Of a DNA stretch of 28,059 nt, positions 1 through 11,388 are shown piece after piece. The notes beneath the pieces are model-generated. The model worked only from the letters and a program-made list of their open reading frames with translations. It ran no database searches and was not told the DNA's origin. Positions within the stretch are counted from its first letter, which is position 1, and the number at the start of each line of letters is the position of its first letter. The position numbers and the translations under genes are program-made. The stretch comes from Gaiellaceae bacterium (GTDB lineage Bacteria > Actinomycetota > Thermoleophilia > Gaiellales > Gaiellaceae): NCBI GenBank assembly GCA_035257065.1, contig DATEXK010000205.1, positions 1 through 28,059 of the forward strand. The letters are read 5' to 3'.

Positions 1-786
1 ACGCCGGCGCTTGACCGGGCCGAGGCCCTCGCGATCCTGGGTGCGACCGCGGCTGCTCTCGCGCGATGCGCCGAGCCCTTCGGTCGCGCCGCCGCGGCGA
101 CGCCGCGCGTCCTGATCGCCCAGCCGTTGCTCGCCGCCGGAGATGCTCTCGAAGCCCTCGGGCATGATCTCGCCCTTGTTGATCCAGACCTTGACGCCGA
201 TGCGGCCGGAGGCGGTGCGCGCTTCGACGAAGCCGTAGTCGATGTCGGCACGAATCGTGTGCAGCGGCACGCGGCCCTCGTTGTACGTCTCGCGACGGCT
301 CATCTCGCCGCCGCCGAGGCGACCGGAGCACTGGATCTTCACACCGGCTGCGCCTGAGCGGATCGCGGAGGCGAGCGCGCGCTTCATCGCGCGACGGAAC
401 GCAACACGGTTCGAGAGCTGCTCGGCGATCGACTGCGCGACGAGCTTCGCGTCCAGCTCGGGGCGCTTGATCTCGTTGATGTTGATGTGGACGTTCTTCT
501 GCGTCAGCGCGTGCAGCTCACGGCGCAGAGCGTCGACCTCGACGCCCGACTTGCCGATCACGATGCCCGGGCGCGCCGTGTAGATGTCCACGGTGATCCG
601 CTGCTTGTCCTTGCGGATGAGGATGTCGGACAGCCCCGCGTGCGCGAGCTTCTTGTAGATGTGCTCGCGGATCTTGACGTCCTCGAGCAGGTACTGCGGG
701 AACTCCTTCGTGCCCGTGTACCAGTTCGACTTCCAGTCGTGGATGACGCCGACGCGCATCCCGCCGGGATGAATTTTCTGGCCCAC
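1..786 (-). CDS. rpsC: 30S ribosomal protein uS3 (partial, 3' end runs off the window)
   Basis: Not in the ORF track because no stop is in the window. Manual translation from GTG at 786: [23 protein letters not shown]...[21 protein letters not shown]...[15 protein letters not shown]...[11 protein letters not shown]. Follows rplV. Confidence 0.97.
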   Translation of the reverse strand, partial: MGQKIHPGGMRVGVIHDWKSNWYTGTKEFPQYLLEDVKIREHIYKKLAHAGLSDILIRKDKQRITVDIYTARPGIVIGKSGVEVDALRRELHALTQKNVHININEIKRPELDAKLVAQSIAEQLSNRVAFRRAMKRALASAIRSGAAGVKIQCSGRLGGGEMSRRETYNEGRVPLHTIRADIDYGFVEARTASGRIGVKVWINKGEIMPEGFESISGGEQRLGDQDARRRRGGATEGLGASRESSRGRTQDREGLGPVKRRR

Positions 787-788
787 GG

Positions 789-1364
789 TTACTCGCTCCC
801 CTCGGTCTTCTTCTTCCGGCGAGCAGCCTTCGGCTTCTCCTCGGCAGGGGCCGGCGCAGCGCTGGGTGCAGCGCTCGGCTCCTCAACGGTTGCAGTCGCG
901 GTGGTCTCCACCGCAGTCTCTTCAGTCGTCTCCGCTGCTGCCTTCGGCGCGCGCTGCCTGCGCGGCTTCGCCTCGGCGGCAGGCTTGGCAGGCACCGTCA
1001 CGCGCGGGTTCGGCGCAAGCTCAACGGTGATGTGGCACATCCGCTTGCGGATGGCCGAGGCGCGGCCGCGCGCACGCGGGCGGAAGCGCTTCAGCGTCGG
1101 GCCCTCGTCGACATATGCGGTCAGCACGACGAGCTCGTCGCCGTTCCAGTGCAGGTCGGGACGCGACTCGGCGTTCGCAACGGCCGAGCGCAGCACCTTC
1201 TCGACGTCCTCCGCGACGGCGCGCTTCGAGAACGCGAGGATCGTGCGCGCTTCCGGCACGGAGCGGCCGCGAATGAGGTCGGTGACGAGCCGCGCCTTGC
1301 GCGCGCTCACGTGCACGTACTTCGCCTGCGCACGAACCGACTTCTTCGGTGTCTCGACTGCCAT
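789..1364 (-). CDS. rplV: 50S ribosomal protein uL22 with ~74-aa C-terminal low-complexity extension
   Basis: [22 protein letters not shown]...[30 protein letters not shown]; position between rpsS and rpsC. Confidence 0.97.
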   Translation of the reverse strand: MAVETPKKSVRAQAKYVHVSARKARLVTDLIRGRSVPEARTILAFSKRAVAEDVEKVLRSAVANAESRPDLHWNGDELVVLTAYVDEGPTLKRFRPRARGRASAIRKRMCHITVELAPNPRVTVPAKPAAEAKPRRQRAPKAAAETTEETAVETTATATVEEPSAAPSAAPAPAEEKPKAARRKKKTEGSE

Positions 1365-1645
1365 TACCGCTTGACCTTCGCTGCCTTGTCGCCGGCGTGG
1401 CCCTTGAAGGTGCGTGTCGGGGCGAACTCGCCGAGCTTGTGGCCGACCATCTGCTCGGACACGAATACGGGCACGTGCTTACGGCCGTCGTGGACGGCGA
1501 TCGTGTGCCCGACCATCTCCGGGAAGACGGTCGAGGAGCGCGACCAGGTGCGGATCATGTTCTTGGAGCCCGCTGCGTTCATCGCAGTGATCCGGCTGAA
1601 CAGCCGCTCCTGGACGAAAGGGCCCTTCTTCGAGCTTCTGCTCAT
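1364..1645 (-). CDS. rpsS: 30S ribosomal protein uS19
   Basis: [11 protein letters not shown]...[53 protein letters not shown]. Confidence 0.98.
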   Translation of the reverse strand: MSRSSKKGPFVQERLFSRITAMNAAGSKNMIRTWSRSSTVFPEMVGHTIAVHDGRKHVPVFVSEQMVGHKLGEFAPTRTFKGHAGDKAAKVKR

Positions 1646-2490
1646 TACCTACGCGTGTCCTTTCCGCGGCGACGGCCGCGAACGATCAGCTTGTTCGATT
1701 CCTTGTGCTTGGAGCGGGTGCGCTTGCCGAGCGTCGGCACGCCCCACGGGGTCACCGGGTGGCGTCCGCCCTTCGACTTGCCCTCGCCGCCGCCGTGCGG
1801 ATGGTCAACAGGGTTCATCGCGGAACCGCGCACCGACGGCCGCTTGCCCTTCCAGCGGTTCCGGCCGGCCTTGCCCCAGTTGATGTTCTGGTGGTCGACG
1901 TTGCCGACCTGGCCCACGGTCGCGCGGCAGGTCAGCGGCACGCGGCGCATCTCGCCCGAGGGGAGACGCAGCACGGCGAAACCGGCGTCCTTCGCGACGA
2001 GCTGGATGCCCGAGCCTGCCGAGCGCGCCATCTTCGCGCCCTGGCCCGGCTGCAGCTCGACGTTGTGGACGAGCGTTCCCGTCGGGATGTTCTCGAGCGG
2101 CAACGCGTTTCCGACCTTGATGTCAGCGTCGGGACCGGACTGCACCAGCACGCCGACGCGCAACTGCGCGGGAGCGAGGATGTAGGCCTTCTCGCCGTCG
2201 AGGTAGTGCAGCAGCGCGATGTTGGCCGACCGGTTCGGGTCGTACTCGATCGCGGCGACCTTCGCCGGCACGCCGTCCTTCAAGCGCTTGAAGTCGATCA
2301 TCCGGTAGCGGCGCTTGTGGCCGCCGCCCTGGTGCCGCGTCGTGATGCGGCCGTTGTTGTTTCGGCCACCCTTCTTGGTGACCGGCTCGAGCAGGCTCTT
2401 CTCCGGCGTCGTCTTCGTAATCTCCTCGAACGTGGAGACCGACATGAAGCGGCGGCCCGGGCTGGTCGGCTTGTAACGGCGGATCGGCAT
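1645..2490 (-). CDS. rplB: 50S ribosomal protein uL2
   Basis: True start is the ATG at 2490 ([14 protein letters not shown]) inside track ORF 1645..3063. Motifs [16 protein letters not shown] and [18 protein letters not shown]. Confidence 0.98.
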   Translation of the reverse strand: MPIRRYKPTSPGRRFMSVSTFEEITKTTPEKSLLEPVTKKGGRNNNGRITTRHQGGGHKRRYRMIDFKRLKDGVPAKVAAIEYDPNRSANIALLHYLDGEKAYILAPAQLRVGVLVQSGPDADIKVGNALPLENIPTGTLVHNVELQPGQGAKMARSAGSGIQLVAKDAGFAVLRLPSGEMRRVPLTCRATVGQVGNVDHQNINWGKAGRNRWKGKRPSVRGSAMNPVDHPHGGGEGKSKGGRHPVTPWGVPTLGKRTRSKHKESNKLIVRGRRRGKDTRR

Positions 2491-2492
2491 GA

Positions 2493-2789
2493 CTACAGCT
2501 GCGCTCCTTCGAAGATCTCGATCGAATCGCCCTGCTTGAGCTGGACGACGGCCTTCTTCCAGCCCGGACGGATGCCCTTGATGGAACCGCGCCGCTTCGG
2601 CTTGGCCTGCACCTTGATGATCGCGACGTTCAGGACCTTGACGTCGAAGAGCTCCTCGACGGCCTGGCGGACCTGCGTCTTGTGCGCATCCTGGTGCACC
2701 TTGAACGTGTAGCGGTTCTGCGCGATCTGGCCGTAGCTCTTCTCGGAGACCACGGGCGCGATCAGCACTTCGCCTGGATGGAGGCTCAT
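2493..2789 (-). CDS. rplW: 50S ribosomal protein uL23
   Basis: ATG at 2789 inside track ORF 2493..3485: [18 protein letters not shown]...[26 protein letters not shown]...GWKKAVVQL. Confidence 0.96.
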   Translation of the reverse strand: MSLHPGEVLIAPVVSEKSYGQIAQNRYTFKVHQDAHKTQVRQAVEELFDVKVLNVAIIKVQAKPKRRGSIKGIRPGWKKAVVQLKQGDSIEIFEGAQL

Positions 2790-3430
2790 GCGGGGCCCTC
2801 CTGCCGTTCGTGCGCGGCGCGCGCCTGGACGAGCGGCAGTGCAGCCTCGCTGACGAGCAGGGAGCGCGCCCACACGATCTCGGCGACCTCGACCTCGGCC
2901 GGGATCGTGACGAGCACACGATCGAGATTGCGGAAGGACTTGATGAGCGCCTCTTCGGCCTCGGCGACGATGAGGACCGTCGGCGTGGTCTTGCCCCATG
3001 CGGCGAGCACTGCAGCGGCTGCCTTCGTCGACGCGGTGTCGAACTTCGAGCCGTCGAGCACACCGAGCGTGCCGGCCTGCGCGTGGTCGGAGAGCGCGCT
3101 GCGGAGCGCGGCCCGTGCGGCCTTCTTGTTCACCTTGACCTCGAACGAGCGAGGGGTCGGCGGGAAGGCGACGCCGCCGCCCGCGAAGTGCGGGGCGCGG
3201 ATCGTGCCCTGACGGGCGCGGCCGGTGCCTTTCTGGCGCCACGGCTTCGCGCGGCCGCCGGAGACGAGCCCGCGGCTCTTCGCCGCGCGCGTGCCCTGGC
3301 GCCGTGCGTTCAGCTCGGCTCGCACGGCCTCGTGCACGAGGTGCGGCTTTGGCTCGACGCCGAAGACGGCCTCGTCGAGCGAGACCTCCTTCTTCGTTCC
3401 ACCGAGCACTGGTGCTTTCGGGGCGGCCAT
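2786..3430 (-). CDS. rplD: 50S ribosomal protein uL4
   Basis: ATG at 3430 inside track ORF 2786..3961; [33 protein letters not shown] motif. Confidence 0.97.
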   Translation of the reverse strand: MAAPKAPVLGGTKKEVSLDEAVFGVEPKPHLVHEAVRAELNARRQGTRAAKSRGLVSGGRAKPWRQKGTGRARQGTIRAPHFAGGGVAFPPTPRSFEVKVNKKAARAALRSALSDHAQAGTLGVLDGSKFDTASTKAAAAVLAAWGKTTPTVLIVAEAEEALIKSFRNLDRVLVTIPAEVEVAEIVWARSLLVSEAALPLVQARAAHERQEGPA

Positions 3431-4056
3431 TACTTGGACATCTCCCTGATCTCGACGATGCCGTTCTTCGGACCGGGAACCGCACCCTTGACCATCAGCA
3501 GGTTGCGCTCGACGTCGATCGCGTGGACGGTCAGCCCGGTTGCCGAGACCCGCTTCGCACCCATGTGGCCGGCCATCTTGATGCCCTTGAAGACGCGCGA
3601 CGGCGTGGCCGACGCGCCGATCGAGCCCGGCGCGCGAACGTTGTGCGAGCCGTGCGAGGTCGGGCCCCGGTGGAACTTGTGGCGCTTGATCGTTCCCTGG
3701 AAGCCCTTGCCGATCGACGTGCCGGCGACCTTGACCTTGTCGCCCGGCTGGAAGATCTCGACCGTCACATTCTCGCCCTGCACCGCTTCCGCGAAATGGC
3801 CGCGGAACTCGACGAGGTGGCGATACGAGCCGCTGATGCCGTTCTTCTCGAGGTGGCCGCGCTCCGGCTTCGAGAGCTTGCGGTCGGCGACGAGATCCCA
3901 GGCGAGCTGGACGGCCTCGTAGCCGTCGACGGCCGGCGTGCGCACGGCGACGACCGGGCACGGGCCGGCTTCGATCACGGTGACCGACGTCACGACGCCG
4001 CTCTCCTCGTCGAAGAGCGAGGTCATGCCGAGCTTCTTGCCGAGGATTCCGCGCAT
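3430..4056 (-). CDS. rplC: 50S ribosomal protein uL3
   Basis: MRGILGKKLGMT...SIGKGFQGTIKRHKF...SHGSHNVRAPGSIG...VPGPKNG. Confidence 0.98.
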   Translation of the reverse strand: MRGILGKKLGMTSLFDEESGVVTSVTVIEAGPCPVVAVRTPAVDGYEAVQLAWDLVADRKLSKPERGHLEKNGISGSYRHLVEFRGHFAEAVQGENVTVEIFQPGDKVKVAGTSIGKGFQGTIKRHKFHRGPTSHGSHNVRAPGSIGASATPSRVFKGIKMAGHMGAKRVSATGLTVHAIDVERNLLMVKGAVPGPKNGIVEIREMSK

Positions 4057-4058
4057 GA

Positions 4059-4367
4059 CTAGAGCTTGATCTCGATGTCGACGCCGGCCGGGAGGTCGAG
4101 CCGCATGAGCGAGTCGACCGTCTTCGGGGTCGGCGAGTGGATGTCGATCAGCCGCTTGTGCGTCCGGATCTCGAAGTGCTCCCGCGAGTCCTTGTCCTTG
4201 AACGGCGAGCGGATCACGCAGTAGACGTTCTTCTCGGTCGGCAGCGGCACAGGACCGGTGATGGTGGCACCGGTGCGCTGAGCCGTGTCGACGATGTCCT
4301 TGGCGGACTTGTCAACCTGCTGATGGTCATAGCCCTTCAGCCTGATGCGGATCTTTTGTTGCGCCAC
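4059..4367 (-). CDS. rpsJ: 30S ribosomal protein uS10
   Basis: [12 protein letters not shown]...GPVPLPT...[24 protein letters not shown]; GTG start with AAAGGAGG SD. Confidence 0.98.
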   Translation of the reverse strand: MAQQKIRIRLKGYDHQQVDKSAKDIVDTAQRTGATITGPVPLPTEKNVYCVIRSPFKDKDSREHFEIRTHKRLIDIHSPTPKTVDSLMRLDLPAGVDIEIKL

Positions 4368-4396
4368 CGGTGCCTCCTTTCACTCAGTCGTCGTTG

Positions 4397-5584
<1,188 letters not shown>

Positions 5585-5614
5585 TGGTGGCTCCTGATCT
5601 CCTTCGTTACCGAG

Positions 5615-7708
5615 TTAGGACCGAGCGTCGATGATGTCGCTCGCGATCGACTGAGGTACTTCCTCGTAGCGATCGAACTGCATGGTGAAATTGGCGCGCC
5701 CCTGCGTCATCGAACGCAGGTCGGTGGCGTACCCGAACATCTCCGACAACGGCACGCTGGCTTTGATGATCTGTGCGTTCCCCAGCGGGTTCATGGACTC
5801 GATGCTGCCGCGGCGGCTGTTGAGGTTACCCATCACGTCCCCGAGGTAGTCCTCGGGCGTCGTCACCTCGACGGCCATCACGGGCTCGAGCAACTTCGGC
5901 TTGGAGCGCTTCATGGCCTCCTTGAACGCCATCGACCCGGCGATCTTGAACGCACGCTCGCTCGAGTCGACCTCGTGGTACGACCCGTCCGTCAGCTCGA
6001 TCTTCACGTCGACGATGGGATACCCGGCGAGCACGCCCGAGTTCATCGCTTCCTTGATGCCTGCGTCGACGGCCGGGATGTACTCCTTGGGAATCTTGCC
6101 GCCGGTGATGCGATCGGAGAACTCGTATCCGTCGCCCGGCTGCTGCGGCGAGAGGTTGATGACGACGTCGGCGAACTGGCCCGAGCCGCCGGTCTGGCGC
6201 ACGAACTTCTCGCGGATGTTCTCCACCGGCTTGCCGGCGGTCTCGCGGTACGCGACCTGCGGGCGGCCCACGTTCGCGTCGACGTTGAACTCGCGCTTGA
6301 GGCGGTCGACGATGATCTCGAGGTGCAGCTCGCCCATGCCCTCGATGATCGTCTGGCCCGTCTCCTCGTCGGTCGAGACACGGAAGGTCGGATCCTCCTC
6401 TGAGAGCCGCGCGAGACCGGAGCCGAGCTTGTCCTGGTCGGCCTTCGACTTCGGCTCGACGGCGACGGCGATCACCGGCTCCGGGAACGTCATCGACTCG
6501 AGCACGATCGGCGCATTCTCCGCGGCGAGCGTGTCGCCCGTCGTCGTCGCCTTGAGACCGACGCCGGCGGCGATCTCGCCGGCCATGATCTCGTCGCGCT
6601 CCTCGCGATGGTTCGCGTGCATCTGGAGGATGCGGCTGACGCGCTCGGTCTTGCCGGTCGTCGTGTTCAGGACGCGGTCGCCGGACTTGATCCTGCCGGA
6701 GTAGACGCGGAAGTACGTGAGCTTGCCGACGTAGGGGTCGGACATGACCTTGAAGGCAAGCGCCGAGAAGGGCTCGTCCGGCGACGCGCCGCGAAGGACT
6801 TCCTCGCCCGACTTCGGGTCGAGGCCGATCATCGGCGGGACGTCGAGCGGACTCGGCAGGTAGTCGATGACCGCGTCGAGCAGCGGCTGCACGCCCTTGT
6901 TCTTGAAGGCGGAGCCGAGCAGGACGGGTGTGATCTCGTCGGCGATCGTCGCGGCGCGCACGGCGCGGCGGATCATGTCCGCGGTCACGCTGTTCTCGTC
7001 CTCCAGATACGCGCCGAGCACCTCGTCGTCGAAGCTCGAGATCGAGTCGACGAGCTGATGGCGGTACTCCTTGGCCTGCTCCACGAGCTCCGCGGGAATG
7101 TCGGTCGTCTCGAACTCCTGGCCGAGATCGTCCTTGTAGACGATTGCCTGCATGTCGAGCAGATCGATCACGCCGACGAAGTGCTCTTCCTGGCCGATCG
7201 GGATCTGCACCGGCACTGGGTTGGCGCCGAGCCGCTCGCGCATCGACTCGACGGCTGCGAAGAAGTTCGCGCCGGTGCGGTCCATCTTGTTGATGAACGC
7301 GATCCGCGGCACCTTGTACTTGTCGGCCTGGCGCCAGACCGTCTCGGACTGGGGCTGGACGCCGGCGACGGAGTCGAAGACGGCGACCGCGCCGTCGAGG
7401 ACACGCAGGCTGCGCTCGACCTCGACCGTGAAGTCCACGTGCCCGGGCGTATCGATGATGTTGATTCGATGGTCACGCCAGAACGCCGTCGTCGCAGCCG
7501 ACGTGATCGTGATGCCGCGCTCCTGTTCCTGCGCCATCCAGTCCATCGTCGCGGCGCCCTCGTGGACCTCGCCCATCTTGTGGGTGCGGCCCGTGTAGTA
7601 GAGGATCCGCTCGGTCGTCGTGGTCTTGCCCGCATCGATGTGGGCCATGATCCCGATGTTCCGGACGCGGTCGAGCGCGATCGAAGCTTCTTTTTCCTTG
7701 GTGCTCAA
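5615..7708 (-). CDS. fusA: Elongation factor G
   Basis: [46 protein letters not shown]; TTG start at 7708 (exact start uncertain). Confidence 0.98.
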   Translation of the reverse strand: MSTKEKEASIALDRVRNIGIMAHIDAGKTTTTERILYYTGRTHKMGEVHEGAATMDWMAQEQERGITITSAATTAFWRDHRINIIDTPGHVDFTVEVERSLRVLDGAVAVFDSVAGVQPQSETVWRQADKYKVPRIAFINKMDRTGANFFAAVESMRERLGANPVPVQIPIGQEEHFVGVIDLLDMQAIVYKDDLGQEFETTDIPAELVEQAKEYRHQLVDSISSFDDEVLGAYLEDENSVTADMIRRAVRAATIADEITPVLLGSAFKNKGVQPLLDAVIDYLPSPLDVPPMIGLDPKSGEEVLRGASPDEPFSALAFKVMSDPYVGKLTYFRVYSGRIKSGDRVLNTTTGKTERVSRILQMHANHREERDEIMAGEIAAGVGLKATTTGDTLAAENAPIVLESMTFPEPVIAVAVEPKSKADQDKLGSGLARLSEEDPTFRVSTDEETGQTIIEGMGELHLEIIVDRLKREFNVDANVGRPQVAYRETAGKPVENIREKFVRQTGGSGQFADVVINLSPQQPGDGYEFSDRITGGKIPKEYIPAVDAGIKEAMNSGVLAGYPIVDVKIELTDGSYHEVDSSERAFKIAGSMAFKEAMKRSKPKLLEPVMAVEVTTPEDYLGDVMGNLNSRRGSIESMNPLGNAQIIKASVPLSEMFGYATDLRSMTQGRANFTMQFDRYEEVPQSIASDIIDARS

Positions 7709-7732
7709 AATGGGTCCTGTCTCTTTCTCGCG

Positions 7733-8203
7733 CTACCAGCGGTAGTGCGCAAAGGCCTTGTTGGCCTGCGCCATCCGGTAGACGTCGTCCTTGCGCTTGA
7801 ACGCTCCGCCCTGCTGGTTCATCGCGTCCATGATCTCGTTGGCGAGCTTGTTGCCCATGCCCTTCTCACGCCGCTCGCGCGCATACGTCACGAGCCAGCG
7901 CACGGCGAGCGTGCGGGCGCGACGCTGCGGCACCTCGACGGGCACCTGGTAGTTCGCACCGCCGACGCGGCGGCCCTTGACCTCGAGCACCGGCGTGACC
8001 GTCTTGACAGCGCTCTCCAGCACCTCGAGCGCCGGCTTGCCGGTCTTGGCCTCGACCGTCTTGAGCGCCTCGTAGACGATCAGCTCGGCGACCGACTTCT
8101 TGCCGTCGAGCATCACCTTGTTGATCACCTGCGTGACGAGCTGCGAGTTGTAGACCGAGTCGCCGAGGGCCACGCGGGCTTGAACGTCTGCACGACGAGG
8201 CAT
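7733..8203 (-). CDS. rpsG: 30S ribosomal protein uS7
   Basis: MPRR...DSVYNSQLV...RRVGGANYQVPVEV...MAQANKAFAHYRW. Confidence 0.98.
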   Translation of the reverse strand: MPRRADVQARVALGDSVYNSQLVTQVINKVMLDGKKSVAELIVYEALKTVEAKTGKPALEVLESAVKTVTPVLEVKGRRVGGANYQVPVEVPQRRARTLAVRWLVTYARERREKGMGNKLANEIMDAMNQQGGAFKRKDDVYRMAQANKAFAHYRW

Positions 8204-8574
8204 TACGAGCCCTTCTTGGCGCCGTACTTCGAGCGGGCCTGCTTGCGATCCGCGACGCCGCCCGTGTCGAGCGCGGCGCGGATGATCTTGTAGCGGAAGC
8301 CCGGGAGGTCCTTGACGCGGCCGCCGCGGACGAGCACGACCGAGTGCTCCTGCAGGTTGTGGCCCTCGCCGGGGATATAGGCCCCGATCTCCATGCCGTT
8401 CGTGAGCCGGACGCGGGCGACCTTCCGCAGAGCCGAGTTCGGCTTCTTCGGGGTGGTCGTGTACACGCGCGTGCAGACGCCACGCTTCTGCGGCGAGCCG
8501 GCGAGCGCGGGCGTCTTGGTCTTCGCCTGAGGAGCCTTGCGGCCCTTCCGGACGAGCTGATTCACGGTCGGCAT
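8203..8574 (-). CDS. rpsL: 30S ribosomal protein uS12
   Basis: True start ATG at 8574 ([12 protein letters not shown]) inside track ORF 8203..8766; [34 protein letters not shown]. Confidence 0.98.
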   Translation of the reverse strand: MPTVNQLVRKGRKAPQAKTKTPALAGSPQKRGVCTRVYTTTPKKPNSALRKVARVRLTNGMEIGAYIPGEGHNLQEHSVVLVRGGRVKDLPGFRYKIIRAALDTGGVADRKQARSKYGAKKGS

Positions 8575-8679
8575 TGTTTTCGGTCTTCTCTCTTTCGCAA
8601 CAAAGCTAGTGCAACAACACGGGGGCAGTCGCAACAAAACGGTCGGCGGGGCAGCAGCCCCTGCCAACCGGCCCGCGGC

Positions 8680-8709
8680 ATGGTAGCGGAAGCGCCTCGC
8701 GAGCGTCAA
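8680..8709 (-). promoter_or_regulatory. Probable housekeeping-sigma promoter of the rpsL (str/S10) operon
   Basis: Minus strand TTGACG (8709-8704), 18-nt spacer, TACCAT (8685-8680), about 105 nt upstream of the rpsL ATG. Confidence 0.7.
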
Positions 8710-8789
8710 ACCGGCAAACCCTGTTGCTGAGCGGGAAACCGACCCGAAATACGACTTACAGAGCATAGCTTCGGAGGCAGCGGCGATCT

Positions 8790-9986
8790 ATGGTGCGACA
8801 CAACGAGCTACCGAGCTCGACGTCTCGCTCTCTGCGGTCGATGAATCACCTGCTCATAGGCATATCTGTGGGGCTCGGCGCGTGCGTCGTGCTCCTGCTC
8901 GTTCTGCTGGCGACGCTCGTGCGGCGGTCGACGAGGCGTGCCGACGAGCGGGTCACGGACGTCGTTCGCATCCTCGAGACGCGGATGGACGAGCTCGGAC
9001 AGGAGCTTGCAGGCGCGGTCGAGCGCGCCGAGGAGGAGGGCCGGCGCAGCCGGTTCCTCGGCGAGATCGCGGGCACGATCGAGCTCGACGAGGTGCTCGC
9101 GCGAACGCTCGAGGCGGCAACCGGCGCCGTGCCGGAGATCGACGCCTCGGTCGTGCGCCTCGAGAACCCGGACGGCGAGCCCACGGTGGCGGCCCACGGC
9201 CTGTCGGCCGACGGCGCCGAGGCGATCACGGGCCCTCCGGACGGCAGCCGCGCCCGGGCGATCGAGGTCTCGTACCGCTACGCCGACGACGCCGAGGACC
9301 CCGCCCGCCAGATCCACGGCGGGCTCGCGGTGCCGCTCGAGGAGCGCGGCGGCCGGATCGGGTATCTGAGCGTCTTCACGCGCGCCCCCGGTCGGCGCTT
9401 CGACGACGACGACGTGCGGCGGCTCGAGGAGCTCTCGCTCCGCGCGGGCCCGGCGATCGAGAACGCGCGCCGGTTCCGTGAGGCGCGGCAGCTGGCCGAC
9501 CTCGACGGGCTGACCGGCCTCCACAACCGGCGCTACTTCCACGAGACGCTCGCGCGCGAGTGCGGCCGCGCCCACCGCTACTCACGCCGCCTGTCGCTGA
9601 TGGTGTTCGACATCGACGACTTCAAGAACGTGAACGACCGGATCGGCCACCTCGCCGGCGACGCAGTCCTCGCCGAAGCGGCAGGTCGCGCGCGGGAGGT
9701 CGTCCGGAGCGCCGACATCCCATGCCGGGTGGGTGGAGACGAGTTCGCCGTCGTCCTGCCCGAGTCGAGCCTCGAGCAGGCCGACCAGCTGTTCGGCCGG
9801 ATCCAGACCGCGATCTCCGGCCGGCCGATCGGCCAGGCAGGGCGGCTGAAGATCTCCGCCGGCGTCGCCGAGCTCCAGGCCGAGGACGACTCGATCTCCT
9901 TCTTCGAGCGCGCCGACGAGGCGCTCTACCGTGCGAAAGAAGCCGGCAAGGGCCGCTCGATGGCAGCACAGAACCGCTCCGCATAG
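8790..9986 (+). CDS. Membrane-anchored GAF-GGDEF diguanylate cyclase
   Basis: N-terminal hydrophobic helix (LLIGISVGLGACVVLLLVLLATLV), helical linker, GAF-like segment, DGLTGLHNRRYF, DIDDFKNVND, RxxD I-site (RSAD) five residues before GGDEF, ADEALYRAK. Start is 8790 (GGAGG 12 nt upstream) or 8841. Confidence 0.92.
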   Translation: MVRHNELPSSTSRSLRSMNHLLIGISVGLGACVVLLLVLLATLVRRSTRRADERVTDVVRILETRMDELGQELAGAVERAEEEGRRSRFLGEIAGTIELDEVLARTLEAATGAVPEIDASVVRLENPDGEPTVAAHGLSADGAEAITGPPDGSRARAIEVSYRYADDAEDPARQIHGGLAVPLEERGGRIGYLSVFTRAPGRRFDDDDVRRLEELSLRAGPAIENARRFREARQLADLDGLTGLHNRRYFHETLARECGRAHRYSRRLSLMVFDIDDFKNVNDRIGHLAGDAVLAEAAGRAREVVRSADIPCRVGGDEFAVVLPESSLEQADQLFGRIQTAISGRPIGQAGRLKISAGVAELQAEDDSISFFERADEALYRAKEAGKGRSMAAQNRSA

Positions 9987-10103
9987 CATCGCTTCGCTCG
10001 CTTCACGGGGGAAACCATGTTTCCCCCGTGGGGCCCCTTCTTCGCTGCTGTCGGCGAGGCCGCTCACTGCTGCGCGGAACAAGTTCCGCTCCGCGACGAA
10101 AGG
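9986..10103 (+). repeat. REP/MITE-like double-hairpin repeat, copy A
   Basis: Begins at the GGDEF TAG. Hairpin 1 cacgggggaaac-cat-gtttcccccgtg (10004-10030), hairpin 2 gcggaac-aa-gttccgc (10074-10089), ends ccgcgacgaaag. Aligns by eye with copies B and C. Confidence 0.9.
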
Positions 10104-10111
10104 CGGGCGGC

Positions 10112-10144
10112 TCAGCCAAGCCCGAGGAAGCGTAGGTACGACGA
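10112..10144 (-). pseudogene. Orphan relic of the last 10 codons plus TGA of a homolog of the 588-aa gene (SSYLRFLGLG*)
   Basis: Codon-for-codon match to 11518-11550 (TSYLPFLRLG*): 24/33 nt identical, and 4 of the 7 differing codons are synonymous. Same 9-nt spacing to the adjacent repeat. Confidence 0.75.
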
Positions 10145-10166
10145 GAAGAAGCTCCGTGTCGGAGCT
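10141..10166 (-). terminator. Possible intrinsic terminator of the phosphoesterase gene
   Basis: Minus strand AGCTCCG-ACA-CGGAGCT followed by TCTTCTC, about 30 nt after the TAG at 10195. Confidence 0.45.
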
Positions 10167-10194
10167 CCTCCTCGCACGCGCTGTTCGCCGTTCC

Positions 10195-11280
10195 CTATGG
10201 CGCAGGGACGGCGGTGCGGTTGGCCGGGACGATCTGCTGCTGGTACGAGAACACCTCGCGGCTGCCGGGATCGACGAGGACCTTGAGCCAGTTGACGTCG
10301 TTGTCGCCGTTCGCCTGGTTGTCACCGAAGGTCTCGACGCGGGTGAAGTTCTCGAGCCTGCGTCCCTGTGTGTCCAGCAGCGGCTTGTCGATCCGGAAGT
10401 AGTGCGAGTCGCCGTTGACGTAGGCGACCGGCTTCCTGAAAGCGACAGTGTCGTCGCGGAGCGCGCTCAGGAACTGCTGGAACCCGTCGGGCTGCCCGTC
10501 CGTCTCGGCGAGGGTCTTCGCGTCACGGAGCGGCGCGCGGGTGCCGTCGGACCCATCCCACCCCGGATCGGCCTGGCTGATGATCATCACGGCCGCCGAA
10601 TGCCGCGCGGTGGCGATGCTGAACGTCTCGTTGAGCCACGCGATGTCGGCGGCGTTTCGCGCCGCGTATTCCGCCGGATCGGGGGCGGTGTCGCAGAGGT
10701 TGTTGCAGGATCCCTGCACGTTGAGGGTGACGTAGGTGACGCCCTCGACGGTCCAGCGCCTGTTCTCGATGCACGCCGCCGGGCCGCTGACTCCGAGGCA
10801 CGTCGGGGCCGTCTGGACCTCCTGCCGCATTCGATGCTGCCCGAGCGAGAAGGGCGTGCTGAAGAACAGGTGCCGCTCCTTGTCGAGCTGCGCCAGCGAG
10901 TTGTAGCCCGCGGTCCGGTCGCAATCGACCCAGTCGTTGTCGCCGGGCGTGAACATCGCGGGTGCGCGAAGCGAGTTGAAGTAGGACAGCGCCTGCGTGT
11001 ACACGCTGTCGGTGCACTCGCTCGAGCCGCTCTTCAGGTCGCCGTCGTGCGCGGTGAACACGAGGTCCTGCTGGTTCATGTCGGCGATCAGATTCGGCAC
11101 ACCCGTTGTCGCCTGGAGTGTCGAGTACGGCAGGTCTCCCCAGAGCCCGATCGCATAGGTGCTGTTGCCGTGGTCGCCTTCGTCTCCGCCTCTGCCGTTG
11201 AGGCTTGTGCCGGTTGCGATCCCGGCTGTGATCACCGCAGCGAGCAGTGCCCCGATGATGGGCATGACGAGCTTGCGCAT
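10195..11280 (-). CDS. Secreted calcineurin-like metallophosphoesterase family protein
   Basis: Sec-type signal (MRKLVMPIIGALLAAVITAGIATG). Ordered motifs WGDLPY, HDGD, PGDNDW and NGDSH match the D / GDxxD / GNHD / GHxH pattern in variant form. SD GGAGAGGGG. Confidence 0.75.
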   Translation of the reverse strand: MRKLVMPIIGALLAAVITAGIATGTSLNGRGGDEGDHGNSTYAIGLWGDLPYSTLQATTGVPNLIADMNQQDLVFTAHDGDLKSGSSECTDSVYTQALSYFNSLRAPAMFTPGDNDWVDCDRTAGYNSLAQLDKERHLFFSTPFSLGQHRMRQEVQTAPTCLGVSGPAACIENRRWTVEGVTYVTLNVQGSCNNLCDTAPDPAEYAARNAADIAWLNETFSIATARHSAAVMIISQADPGWDGSDGTRAPLRDAKTLAETDGQPDGFQQFLSALRDDTVAFRKPVAYVNGDSHYFRIDKPLLDTQGRRLENFTRVETFGDNQANGDNDVNWLKVLVDPGSREVFSYQQQIVPANRTAVPAP

Positions 11281-11388
11281 TGCTGTCCCCTCTCCGTGAT
11301 TTCCGTGGTCGGTCGGATTCGAGTGCGACGCTAACAGCGCGAAATCGGGGCTTCTACGCGCGTCACCACACCTTCACCGCACCGATTC

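Noticed and set aside
1645-3961. Track ORFs suggesting N-terminally extended or fused uL2 (472 aa), uL23 (330 aa) and uL4 (391 aa); likewise the 187-aa uS12 ORF
   Set aside because: The extensions are off-frame readings of the upstream genes or of the leader. Canonical starts are at 2490, 2789, 3430 and 8574.
8300-8460. Possible streptomycin-resistance allele of rpsL
   Set aside because: TPKKPNSA and RVKDLPG keep the wild-type lysines.
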